A DNA stretch of 61,522 nucleotides, filler included. It is 8 parts of 8 records of this genome, joined end to end, with 100 filler letters (N's around TTAATTAATTAA, not from the genome) between each part and the next. Parts side by side here need not be neighbours in the genome. Positions count along the whole stretch, not along the records: positions 13,215 to 22,138 come from SRR31147125_54587; positions 22,239 to 28,022 come from SRR31147125_54622; positions 28,123 to 33,320 come from SRR31147125_54628; 5 more parts are not named here. The stretch is one strand, 5' to 3'. Made by a program: the position numbers and the translations under genes. Positions 20,718 to 31,243 of this stretch are shown piece after piece (the stretch's first letter is position 1; every line of letters begins with the position of its first letter). The notes under the pieces were generated by a model. The model ran no database searches. It was not told the origin of the DNA and saw only the letters and a program-made list of their open reading frames with translations.

Positions 20718-21840
20718 CTCTTTCTTTCTTAAAACCAAGTCGGTAGAGAATATCGCAGATTGTAGGGTTACTACAGATAATGTTATAATGTGAAAACTCA
20801 AAGCGCAAAGGATAGTTCCTGCGCAGATATTTGAACATCTCAGGGTTTTCCTTGAGCTGCTGAGAGTCTGTAGTGATATTATAACAGTAATCAACAGCAT
20901 ATTCAATTGCCCTGAGCTCTGAAAGGTTGTCAGGAATAACAATAGTATCTTCCTCAGGTTCAAACTGAATACTGAGTACTTCTTCTGAAACAGGGATATT
21001 GTAAAATTTGCATAATTCCCTATATATCATTTTAGTGCCATTTACTTTGCCATCTATCGAATGACCTGAAATATGCTCTGTTGCAAAGAAGAGATTCTGG
21101 ATAAAATCCTTGTCAATATTCGGCTCGGTGGCAAATACATCCAGCACTGCTTCTTTTATCTTATTCTCTGTAAGTGCTGTCGAGATGATTCTGTCAGGGG
21201 CAACCTTACCACGAGAAGCATTGATAAAGAATGCTCCGGTCTTCATCTTATCGATAAAGCTATTATCTACCATATTGATGGTTTTGTCTATGCCGTCAAT
21301 ATTAAGAGGGACATGGATCGTGACAATATCGCTCTCCTGCAAAAGCCTTTCAAGAGAGCAGAATGTACTACTGCCTTCATTTCTCTCTCTTGGAGGATCA
21401 TTGAGCAGAATTTTCATACCGAGCTCTGCCGCCTTTTCTCTAACTTTTGAGCCCACATTACCAACCCCGATAATACCGATGGTCTTTGTCTTTAGGTTAA
21501 AATTATACCTTATTGCCAGTTTGAGTAAGACTGCGGTAATATATTCGCTGACACTGGTTGAATTACAGCCGGGAGCAGATTTGAAATGGATATTCTGTTG
21601 CTTCAGGTAATCTAAATCCACATGATCAAAACCAATGGTGCAGGTGCCTACATACTTGACAGATGTACCTGCAAGAAGATCTTTATTTACCTTTATGGTA
21701 GAGCGGCAGATAAGGGCATCTGCTTTATATTTCAGTAGGTTTTTTTTAGTTATTTCCTCTGGGTTGAGTCTGATAACTTTGCCAATACCACTGAAATATT
21801 CGTCAATCAGAGGCTGGTTGTAATCTGCTACAATGTTCAA
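20668..21840 (-). CDS. pdxB: erythronate-4-phosphate dehydrogenase
   Basis: ADALICRS, TIGFDHVD, APGCN, GVGNVG, INASRG, HISGHSIDGK, LRRNYP. Confidence 0.9.
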   Translation of the reverse strand: MNIVADYNQPLIDEYFSGIGKVIRLNPEEITKKNLLKYKADALICRSTIKVNKDLLAGTSVKYVGTCTIGFDHVDLDYLKQQNIHFKSAPGCNSTSVSEYITAVLLKLAIRYNFNLKTKTIGIIGVGNVGSKVREKAAELGMKILLNDPPRERNEGSSTFCSLERLLQESDIVTIHVPLNIDGIDKTINMVDNSFIDKMKTGAFFINASRGKVAPDRIISTALTENKIKEAVLDVFATEPNIDKDFIQNLFFATEHISGHSIDGKVNGTKMIYRELCKFYNIPVSEEVLSIQFEPEEDTIVIPDNLSELRAIEYAVDYCYNITTDSQQLKENPEMFKYLRRNYPLRFEFSHYNIICSNPTICDILYRLGFKKERDEKTTAATYSLSNNYS

Positions 21841-22024
21841 GTATATGCCTTTCGCTTTCTATCTATTAACTGCCGTATTTTTACTGAGTTATATTGTATG
21901 CAGAGGGTTTGAAAAATACCAGACGAATTTTCCGGTTTTTATTGAATAAATAGTTCTCAAATTCCGATAAAGTGGTAACGGTATGTGTTGTATGTATCCT
22001 GATAAACCTGAAAGATCTCATTAT

Positions 22025-22138
22025 ATGCGTATATTTTCTATATTTATAACTGTCTTTACAGTGATTGTTTCTCTGGCTGCAGGGTTGTGCAGTACAGGGT
22101 GCGGTGAACCTGAAGTGACTTATCATCCAACCAGAGAA
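22025..22138 (+). CDS. lipoprotein, 5' fragment
   Basis: hydrophobic signal followed by STGC lipobox; cut by contig edge. Confidence 0.45.
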
Positions 22139-22238
22139 NNNNNNNNNNNNNNNNNNNNNNNNNNNNNNNNNNNNNNNNNNNNTTAATTAATTAANNNNNN
22201 NNNNNNNNNNNNNNNNNNNNNNNNNNNNNNNNNNNNNN
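22139..22238. other. artificial contig spacer
   Basis: N44-TTAATTAATTAA-N44. Confidence 0.99.
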
Positions 22239-24761
22239 CTGGTTTGCCTGTGCAAGCATAGACGTACCAGCATTGACCAGAATCTGATTCTTGGTAAACT
22301 CTGTAGACTCATAAGCCATATTAGTATCTCTGATATATGCTTCTGTCTTGGTAATATTCTCAACTGTAATCTCAAGTGAATTAATATTGGTCTGCAACAT
22401 ATCCTTCTGGAAGGCACCGAGACGTGATCTGGTTGAAGTCACATCATCAAGAGCCTGTGAAAGAATCTTCATAGCTTTGACAGGATCATTCGCCAGACTT
22501 GCTTCTCCACCAGAGAGTACATCCTGCAATGTATAAAGCTGTCCGTCAATTGTCACTTTACCAATATTTGATGATGATACACTTGGAATACTATATATTG
22601 TTCTCTCTACATCATTATCACCTTCACCAAGCTGATACTGCATTCCACCAACAAAGTTTGATAATTCCTCAGCTGTCGCATGGCGGGCATTGGTACACCA
22701 GCTTGTATAAGCCTGATCGGTAGGATCATTAATACCTACGTCTGACTCAACTGCCTGAAGAGAACCACCTCTGGACATCAAAGCACCAACATCCTGACCA
22801 ACCTGAGCAATTGTTGTCATACCAAGCTCACCAGCATGGAGTGTTATATCACCAGAATAGCTCTGATTAGTAATGCTTGCTGTAAGTCCCTGAGTTTTAA
22901 CCAACATACCATTTATAGTAATCTCTGCATCATTACCATTCTGCTGGATAGTAACTCCTTCAGGAATCTTCTCAAGATTCAAACTGTCAGGACTCTTATA
23001 CTGACCCCAGAAATTACCATTTACATTCTGTATGCGAATACTACTTTCAGAACCATAATCATCTGAGTACAACCTCACACCAAGCTGATCAAATTCCATT
23101 GTACCTGTAGCGATTGTTGAAGTAGGAGTAGTACCATCAAAGACAAATGTTCCATATATTCCTGAAGTATCTCCATCTTCATCTCCATCCTGAGAAATCA
23201 TACGGACTTCATAAGGATTACCGCCATCAAGTGCACCTGTTCCCTGAGAAACTAGATTCTCCGCAAGCATACTTGCATCATTATAAGCGCTCACAGTAAC
23301 ACTACCTGCACCAGTATTATCATAATCCATTTTATAATAGATCTTACCAGTACTATCTGTGTTCTCACCAAGACGCACTCCACTCACACAACTGCAGGCT
23401 CCTGAAGCACCAGTTCCGAATTCAAGACCGAAATCTGTCTGGAACGTAGACATCTCACTCAAATCCATACCATTGGCTGCATAGCTTCCGCTGGTAGCAT
23501 TATGCATCTCAAAGACTTGCCCTACCTGCAAAACACTCTCATCACCTTTATCAATATCAGCACTAGCACCGATAGTAACACAAGCTGCAGATACACCTGA
23601 ATTATTTGAAGAAGTCATCATGGCTCCGGCACTACCTCTACCAACTTCCATAATATGATCTTCATCTTTATAAGCAATATATTCTGTAGAGCTTATCCAC
23701 TCTAAATGCATACGACCATCTGCATCAAGGTTTTTACCCGGAACAAGAGAGTTAGCAGCATAAGTAGACTGAGTAGTATCAAACGCTACGCTGGTAATAC
23801 CTGAGGTAACCTGATTATTTGAATTGTCTGTATTATAAACTGTAGGCTCCTGAGTATTTCTTACAGAAGTCGCACTGTCATAATCTTGTGATATATTAAC
23901 ACCAGTAATTGAACTGTCAAATGTTAATGTTGCCCCAATACCGATGCTATCTTTTGTATTATTGATTGAATTAGCGATAGTACCGAGATGAGTACCATTA
24001 TTAAAGCTGAATGAACGTGACCCTGCGGAACCCGTCAGAATAAACTGCTGGTCTGCAGAAATATAACCATTACTGATATCAGCATCCCATTCACCGTAAG
24101 TACTTGAGACAGTGGCATCAGCCTCGATAATAGCCCGTGTTGCCTGTCGGCTAGCGATCGCCTGAGTCTGATTTGAAGGATCTTCAACTCCGGCAAAATT
24201 AATAGTCAGAGCAGAACCAGTCTTTTTGAATACCTGATCTATTCTTGAATTATCAATATCTACAAGAGGATTATCCATTGAGTCATTGACAATAGTCTCT
24301 GTACTGTAAATCAGACCTTTCGAACCGTTGAGCAGGAACTGATCAGAGAATCGTGTTGTATTAGAGATACGATCACATGTTTGAATACCTGAATCCAGCT
24401 CAGACTGATCAGCACGTACCTGATCGGGAGATGTTGCGCCTTCATTGGCTGCATGAATAGCAAGCTGACGCATTTTAGTCAGAATGTTGGTAACTTCTAT
24501 AAGAGCACCTTCAGCAATCCCTATAACATTACATGCTTCCTGAGAATTCTGAATAGCTCGTGACATGCCGGAATTCTGGCTGCGAAGCTGTTCACTGATA
24601 TTGAGGCCTGAAGGATCATCAGAAGCAGTATTGATACGGTACCCAGAAGACAGCTTTTCCAGACTGCTGGTAAGCGCATTATTATTCTGTCCGAGCAATC
24701 TCTGCGTGCCTATGGCATTTAAATTATTGGTAACATACAGTCCACCAGACATACTTGACAT
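22239..24761 (-). CDS. fliC: large flagellin 2 (last few codons cut off)
   Basis: EKLSSGYRINTASDDPSGL N-terminal domain; RSRLGAFQ, IRDTNMA, SMLAQANQ C-terminal domain. Confidence 0.93.
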
Positions 24762-24801
24762 TTTATATCTCCTTAAATTATTTTAAATTCTATCCTTGAA
24801 T

Positions 24802-27453
24802 TTAACCGAGCAACTGCAGTACGTTCTGGTTGATCTGATTGGCCTGTGCCAACATTGATGTACCAGCCTGTAAGAGAATCTGGTTCTTTGTGAACTCTGT
24901 AGATTCTGTTGCCATATTAGCATCTCTAATAGCACTCTCTGTCTTAGTAATATTCTCCACTGTCACTTCAAGTGAATTGATATTTGTCTGCAGCATATTT
25001 TTCTGAAAAGCACCAAGCCTTGCCCGAAGCTCAGAAACATCATTTACCGCCTGCATAACAACCTTCATAGAAACAACCGGATTATTCTGTAGACTTGCAG
25101 CGCCACCAGCGAGTACATCCTGAAGGCTATAATCTTCTCCATCAATATTAATCTTGCCTATTTCAGCAGCAGTCATTCCAGGTATCGCATAGACTGTTCT
25201 TTCCTGATCGCCTGCTCCTTCACCTAACTGATACTGCATACCACCAATAAAATCACTCATAGTCTCTGATGTTGCGTGGCGTGCGTTTGTACACCAGGTT
25301 AGATATGCCGGATCATCAGGATTATTGATAGTAGTTGAATTTGTTGAAGACACAGCCTGTAATGAGCTGTTACGACTCATAAGCGCGCCCATATCCTGTC
25401 CAACCTGAGCGATAGTAGTCAGCCCAAGCTCACCTTCATTGAATGAGAATTTACCTGAGTAGTTAGGAGTCGTCACATTTGCAGACAGCCCCTGAGTAGA
25501 AATAAGCTGACCATTGACTGTAATCTGCGCATCACTGCCATACTGCTGAATTGTTTCACCTTCTTCAATAAGATTCAGAGTAGTACTTTCCGGATTCTTA
25601 TACTCACTCCAGAGATCACCTTCAATATTCTGCACACGCATATATTCCTGAGAACCGTAATCTTCTGTATATAGACGCATACCAATATCTGTAAATTCGA
25701 GTGAACCAGTGTATTCTGCTCCAGGATTAGGTTCTGTTGTCAAACCATCATGAAAAGCCAAAGTTCCATAAATACCTGAGTTATCACCTGTACCACCATC
25801 CAGTGCCACACCAAAGATTGGTATATCTGCATGAGTCGCTCCTGTGCCGCCTGTACCAGGAGTATTACCAGCACCTCTGGCAACAAGATCTTCCTCATTC
25901 ATTTCCGGATCTTTATACATACTTATAGTAACAAATGTTTCATCAGGGTCACCTGTCTCAACTTTAAAATACATCTTGCCGTTGACATCTGTATTCTCAC
26001 CGAGACGAACACCTGAAAATGCACTTGCTCCACCATTTGTCGAGCCTGTACCGGTATTAGCACAGAGACCAATATTCTCAACAATAGAATCCATCTGATC
26101 AAGATTCATGGCATTGCGTTTATACTGCAAATCATTATTGGTATAAATATTATCTGACTTCATTTCAAACTGCTGACCGAACTGCAGTACTGTTATGTCA
26201 TCTGTAGCAGGGATACCAGTTGCAGGATCAGCTGTAACTAACAGTCTAGCATCATCCACACCTGAATTGTTAGTTGAACTCATTTCACTTCCAGAAGTAC
26301 CACGCCCAACTTCCATAGTAAGATCCTGGTCTTTATAAGCAATATATTCACTATCACTGAGCCAGCGAAGGTACATTCTACCATCACCATCAAGAGTCTT
26401 ACCCGGAACAAGATTTTCATCACTCGGTTCTGGAGGATTGGTTGTACCATTACCATTAAATGCAACGCTTGCCACACCCTGAGTATAATTATATACACCA
26501 CTGGTAACCTTTGGTTCCATATTACTGTCAAGATTATAAATACACATATCCCCTGAAGTACGGGCAACAGTATCACTATAACTGAACGATCCGGCAGTAC
26601 CGACATCAACACCAGTAACTGTACTCTGAAAAGTCATGGTAGCACCTACCCCAAGACTATCAGCAACATTATTAATTGACTCTACAACAGTACCGATATG
26701 AGTACCATTAGCAAAAGAGAACTGTCTTGATCCTTGAGTACCGGTAACTATAAATGTCTGATCATCAGTCAAGCTGCCATCTCGTATATCAGTATCAATA
26801 TTAAGAGCCGAATCCGCTTCAACATATGCTCTTCTTGCCTGTGATTCCCAGACTGCCTGAGTCTGATTAGTAGGATCATCAAGACCGGAGAACCCAAGAG
26901 TAAGCGCAGCGCCTTCACGTTTAAAGACCTGATCAAGACGAGAGCTGTTAGTATTTAATAATGGGGAATCCATAGTGCTGTCAACAGTTGTCTTACAGTC
27001 ATATACAAGACCTTTTGAACCATTGAGCAGAAACTGATCTGAGTAGCGGGTTGTAGAAGCGATACGGTCAAGAGTCTGAATACCAGAATCCACTTCTGCC
27101 TGGTCAGCACGAACCTGATCCGGAGCTGTTACACCGCTATTAGCTGCGTGAATAGCTAGAGAACGCATTTTTGTGAGGATATTATTCATTTCTATCAGAG
27201 CACCCTCAGCAATTCCTATTACATTACATGCTTCCTGAGAATTCTGAGTAGCTCTTGACAGACCATTGATCTGTGTACGTAACTGTTCACTGATAATAAG
27301 ACCTGAAGGGTCATCAGCAGCAGTATTGATACGATAACCAGAAGAAAGTTTTTCCAGACTTTTAGAAAGCAGGTTATTATTCTTATTAAGGTTTCGTTGA
27401 GTATTGAGCGCACTAAGGTTATTAGTAACTATGAGACCACCGGAAACAGCCAT
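24802..27453 (-). CDS. fliC: large flagellin 1 (883 aa)
   Basis: EKLSSGYRINTAADDPSGL; RARLGAFQ, IRDANMA, LAQANQINQNVLQLLG. Confidence 0.95.
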   Translation of the reverse strand: MAVSGGLIVTNNLSALNTQRNLNKNNNLLSKSLEKLSSGYRINTAADDPSGLIISEQLRTQINGLSRATQNSQEACNVIGIAEGALIEMNNILTKMRSLAIHAANSGVTAPDQVRADQAEVDSGIQTLDRIASTTRYSDQFLLNGSKGLVYDCKTTVDSTMDSPLLNTNSSRLDQVFKREGAALTLGFSGLDDPTNQTQAVWESQARRAYVEADSALNIDTDIRDGSLTDDQTFIVTGTQGSRQFSFANGTHIGTVVESINNVADSLGVGATMTFQSTVTGVDVGTAGSFSYSDTVARTSGDMCIYNLDSNMEPKVTSGVYNYTQGVASVAFNGNGTTNPPEPSDENLVPGKTLDGDGRMYLRWLSDSEYIAYKDQDLTMEVGRGTSGSEMSSTNNSGVDDARLLVTADPATGIPATDDITVLQFGQQFEMKSDNIYTNNDLQYKRNAMNLDQMDSIVENIGLCANTGTGSTNGGASAFSGVRLGENTDVNGKMYFKVETGDPDETFVTISMYKDPEMNEEDLVARGAGNTPGTGGTGATHADIPIFGVALDGGTGDNSGIYGTLAFHDGLTTEPNPGAEYTGSLEFTDIGMRLYTEDYGSQEYMRVQNIEGDLWSEYKNPESTTLNLIEEGETIQQYGSDAQITVNGQLISTQGLSANVTTPNYSGKFSFNEGELGLTTIAQVGQDMGALMSRNSSLQAVSSTNSTTINNPDDPAYLTWCTNARHATSETMSDFIGGMQYQLGEGAGDQERTVYAIPGMTAAEIGKINIDGEDYSLQDVLAGGAASLQNNPVVSMKVVMQAVNDVSELRARLGAFQKNMLQTNINSLEVTVENITKTESAIRDANMATESTEFTKNQILLQAGTSMLAQANQINQNVLQLLG

Positions 27454-27665
27454 GAGTATTCCTCCATAAAGTATTCATCCGTGAATGACATATATTATGA
27501 TATATGTTCAATCGTCCGTGAGAGACTTTATAGCATCCTAACAACTATCGCTATGGCCATTCTCACTGTCTTACTACCATTAATTCCAATTAACTATCTA
27601 GTAATCCATTACCTGATCAACCCTCCCGAGGTCGATACAGTACAATCAATTACAATGAGTGTTCC
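27454..27665 (-). promoter_or_regulatory. flagellin 5' leader with multiple GGA motifs (candidate CsrA sites)
   Basis: nine GGA on the minus strand, several in hairpin loops, e.g. TTCACGGATGAA just upstream of the ATGGAGGA SD. Confidence 0.6.
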
Positions 27666-27869
27666 AATTATCTGAAATACTAATTCAGATAAATGTTATA
27701 TGATTTATTTTTATTGTAACACACTATATATCAAGCAATTAAAAAACCAACCTTCTTCGTAAAGCTTATTTTACCATTATTTACCAACTATGCCCTCAGT
27801 AAAGAAGAAGAGTATAGGAAGATTCTTCCGGCACTTTAATCCGCTGGAAGATTTTTCTGCTTATGAGCT

Positions 27870-27899
27870 ATATCGACATGTCCGAACTTACAACTATAG
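27870..27899 (-). promoter_or_regulatory. possible sigma-28 promoter
   Basis: GTCGATAT -10-like box with an imperfect TATAG/TAGT -35. Confidence 0.3.
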
Positions 27900-28022
27900 T
27901 AATAATTTTCTTTTTTGATATTTACAGTAATAATTGATAAAACCTTCTAAAGTCTGTAACAGCAAAAAGAACTAATAATTATAATTTATCCCTAAAATTT
28001 TGAGTATCACCTCCAACCGGAA

Positions 28023-28122
28023 NNNNNNNNNNNNNNNNNNNNNNNNNNNNNNNNNNNNNNNNNNNNTTAATTAATTAANNNNNNNNNNNNNNNNNNNNNN
28101 NNNNNNNNNNNNNNNNNNNNNN
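28023..28122. other. artificial contig spacer
   Basis: N44-TTAATTAATTAA-N44. Confidence 0.99.
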
Positions 28123-29532
28123 AAGGTATTGAAAGAACTGGAAGCAGGCAAAGTTGATATATTGATTGGAACACATCGTTTAGTTGGAAAAGATGTGAAA
28201 TTTAAAGATCTCGGATTACTCATTGTCGATGAAGAACAAAAGTTTGGCGTATCGGTAAAAGAAAAATTAAAGCAATTAAAAGTAAACGTTGACACGCTTA
28301 CGCTAACTGCAACCCCAATTCCAAGAACACTACAATTCTCGTTGATGGGCGCTCGGGATTTATCCATCATTCAAACTCCGCCCCCTAACCGATACCCTAT
28401 CGTTACAGAGCTTCATGGGTTTAATGAAGATATGATTCGGGAAGCTATTAATTATGAAATATCCCGTGGGGGTCAGGTTTTTTTCATTCACAACCGGGTT
28501 CAGAATATTTACGAAGTGGAAGCCACCATTAAACGCATTGTACCACAAGCCAAAACAGTGGTTGGTCATGGGCAAATGGAGGGACCCAAACTGGAAAAAA
28601 TAATGCTTGATTTTATTAATGGAGAGCAAGATGTGCTGATTGCCACTACCATTATTGAATCCGGTCTTGATATTCCAAATGCCAACACCATTATCATCAA
28701 TCAGGCACAAAACTTTGGATTGAGCGATCTGCATCAGCTACGTGGACGAGTTGGTCGTTCCAACAAGAAAGCTTTTTGTTATTTGATTGCTCCACCACTA
28801 TCAACTTTGAGTGTCGAATCTCGCCAACGGCTTCGTTCAATTGAGGAATTTGCCGAGCTTGGAAGTGGTTTTAATATTGCCATGCGTGATCTTGATATTC
28901 GAGGTGCAGGAAACCTGTTGGGTGGCGAACAAAGTGGATTTATTGCTGACATTGGTTTTGAAACCTATCACCGCATCCTTAACGAAGCCATTCAGGAACT
29001 TAAACAAGGTGAATACAAAAACTTGTTTGATGAAGAGAAAAAAGATGCAGGGCAAGCATTCCTGCAAACCAAGTTTGTAAACGATACCCAGATTGATACT
29101 GACATGGAGCTTCTATTTCCCGACAACTACATTCAAAGCATCTCAGAACGTATGCTATTGTACAGGGAACTTGACAGCATGGAAAATGAAGAAAATCTTC
29201 AACAATATGAACTCGGTTTAATTGACCGCTTTGGCAAGCTTCCACCAAGCAGCATACAGTTACTGGAAGTTGTTCGCTTAAGATGGTTGGCCATTGAGTT
29301 AGGTATAGAGCGGATCATTCTTAAAAACCAAAAAATGATCTGTTATTTCATCTCAGATCAGCAATCTCCTTTTTATCAATCTCCAATATTTGGGAAAGTA
29401 CTGAACTTTGTTCAGCAAAATCCGGGCAAATGCCGCATGAAGGAAAAGAAAGAAAAGCTTAGCCTGAGATTTGAAAACATCAAAACAATTTCTGTCGCTA
29501 AACTGATTCTGGAAGAGATAAGTGAAGACTAA
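28123..29532 (+). CDS. mfd: transcription-repair coupling factor (5' truncated)
   Basis: DEEQKFGV, TATPIPRTL, QLRGRVGRS, RDLDIRGAGNLLG, C-terminal TRCF domain. Confidence 0.96.
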   Translation, partial: KVLKELEAGKVDILIGTHRLVGKDVKFKDLGLLIVDEEQKFGVSVKEKLKQLKVNVDTLTLTATPIPRTLQFSLMGARDLSIIQTPPPNRYPIVTELHGFNEDMIREAINYEISRGGQVFFIHNRVQNIYEVEATIKRIVPQAKTVVGHGQMEGPKLEKIMLDFINGEQDVLIATTIIESGLDIPNANTIIINQAQNFGLSDLHQLRGRVGRSNKKAFCYLIAPPLSTLSVESRQRLRSIEEFAELGSGFNIAMRDLDIRGAGNLLGGEQSGFIADIGFETYHRILNEAIQELKQGEYKNLFDEEKKDAGQAFLQTKFVNDTQIDTDMELLFPDNYIQSISERMLLYRELDSMENEENLQQYELGLIDRFGKLPPSSIQLLEVVRLRWLAIELGIERIILKNQKMICYFISDQQSPFYQSPIFGKVLNFVQQNPGKCRMKEKKEKLSLRFENIKTISVAKLILEEISED

Positions 29533-29694
29533 TCTTTTACCTTTAAATTTCAACCACTTGCCGAATCCAAATTAAATCTAACTGAATAATTCCGGACATT
29601 CGCTTAATAAAAACATTGATTAATATGCATTATTCATTGCGTATTTAGTTTACAAAATCTATATTTATAAAATCAACCCTTAAAAATTCTATTT

Positions 29695-30599
29695 ATGAAA
29701 TCACAAAAAACCACCCTGCTGATTATAGCAATTAGCTTGTTCTTCACCCTTTCGAGCCAGGCAAAAACAAAAAACTTCTTCGCTTAAACCTTGAAAAAGG
29801 CTCCATTTATGAAATGGTCATGAATATGGATAACAACATGGATCAGGAAATGATGGGTCAGCAGGTAAAAATGAAGCAGCAAATGACCATGATCTCGACT
29901 ATGACTGTTGAAGATGTGCTTCCCAATAACAATTTCGTAATCAGCTATATTTATAAATCCATGAAAATGGATATGAATGCCATGGGCAACTCAATGTCAT
30001 TCGATACAGACAAGCAAGAAGAAAGCAACCCTGCATTTGATGCACTAAGAGGACTTACTAAGGTTAAACTAAAAATGGAAATGACCCCGAAGGGAAAAGT
30101 TATGAGCATAGATGGATTTGATAGTTTTAGCGAAGCATTTGCCGCCAACCCTCAAATGAAAGAAATGCTTAAAATGTTCTCTACAGAAGAATCATTCAAA
30201 TCTAGCATTGGGCAAACATTTAACTATTTCCCTGAAGATAAAGTTGCTGTTGGAGATAGTTGGGATGCTTCGCAGAAATTAGAAGCTGTTATGAATATGG
30301 AGATTGACATGCACTTTAAAGTTGCTGAGATTCAAAAAGACATGGTAATTTTAAACGTGAATTCTGATATTAATTCCAATACAACAATGGATCAAAATGG
30401 AATGAACATTGATATTGCAATGACAGGCAATCAGAGTGGAGACATGACAATCAACTCAAAAGACGGTATGTTAACTACATCCAATACCATACAAGATCTC
30501 TCCATGTTAATGAAGATGAAAAACCCTCAAACCAATGAAGACATGGAAATGCCTATGAAAGTGAAGTCAACAATAGAAGTTACTGTCAACAAAAAGTAA
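29695..30599 (+). CDS. secreted Met-rich beta protein (DUF6263-like), frameshift in A-run near 29770
   Basis: signal peptide from ATG 29695 joins KLLRLNLEKG in another frame; YFPEDKVAVGDSW motif. Confidence 0.7.
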
Positions 30600-30625
30600 A
30601 ACGATATCGTTAAAATAAGATTTTT

Positions 30626-30666
30626 AAAAGACTGTTTCAGAACTTAAACTGAGGCAGTTTTTTTTT
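30626..30666 (+). terminator. intrinsic terminator
   Basis: GACTGTTTCAG..CTGAGGCAGTT hairpin and long T-run. Confidence 0.7.
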
Positions 30667-30766
30667 AGCCAAGAAATAATATTTGAAAAATTGCATATTT
30701 CAGAACAAAAACACCCACCCTTACCCACTCACTAAAAGCCACTTAACAAATCAACAAATATTTTCT

Positions 30767-30836
30767 TACTATTTAAATAGATAAATTACTATAAATATAG
30801 TTTGTTTTGTATTTTCAATCTACTATATTTGTAGTA
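30767..30836 (+). promoter_or_regulatory. Bacteroidota promoter with three BlaI-type operator palindromes
   Basis: TTTG(30801)-N19-TATATTTG(30824); TACTAT-N5-TAG copies at 30767, 30787 and 30821. Confidence 0.7.
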
Positions 30837-30852
30837 ACTATTTAAAACAAAT

Positions 30853-31241
30853 ATGGAGATTAAGCAATTAACCAAAGCAGAAGAACAGGTAATGCAGATT
30901 ATCTGGAAATTAAATGAAGGTGTTGTTAAAGATGTAGTTGAACAGTTTGAAGAACCGAAACCAGCCTATACTACAGTTGCAACAGTTTTGACAGTATTGG
31001 AAAAAAGAGCTTTGTACAACATCGCAAAATTGGGAACACGAAACTTTTCACTCCATCTATAAGTAAAAGCGAATACACGAAATTCCAATTCTCATCATTA
31101 CTACGAAACTACTTTAATGGCTCTTTTCCGAAAATGGCTACGTTCTTTGCGCGAGAAAACCAATTGGATATTTCAGATTTGGAATCCATTCTAAAACAAG
31201 CTGAAGAAGAACTTAAAAAGGATGAACCTAAAACCAGTTAA
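30853..31241 (+). CDS. blaI: BlaI/MecI/CopY family repressor, frameshift in A-run near 31005
   Basis: LTKAEEQVMQIIW, PAYTTVATVL; continues as FVQHRKIG..YFNGSFPKMATFF in shifted frame. Confidence 0.88.
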
Positions 31242-31243
31242 TC

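Noticed and set aside
20718-20963. 82-aa N-terminal extension of the TPR ORF
   Set aside because: It lies inside pdxB in another frame; the signal peptide begins at ATG 20717
27397-27675. 92-aa plus-strand ORF over the flagellin leader
   Set aside because: Antisense to the flagellin start, no SD or motif; better explained as regulatory leader
27454-28022. c-di-GMP riboswitch upstream of flagellin
   Set aside because: I could not find the class I GCAAA/GNRA tetraloop-receptor pattern by eye; an Rfam search would settle it
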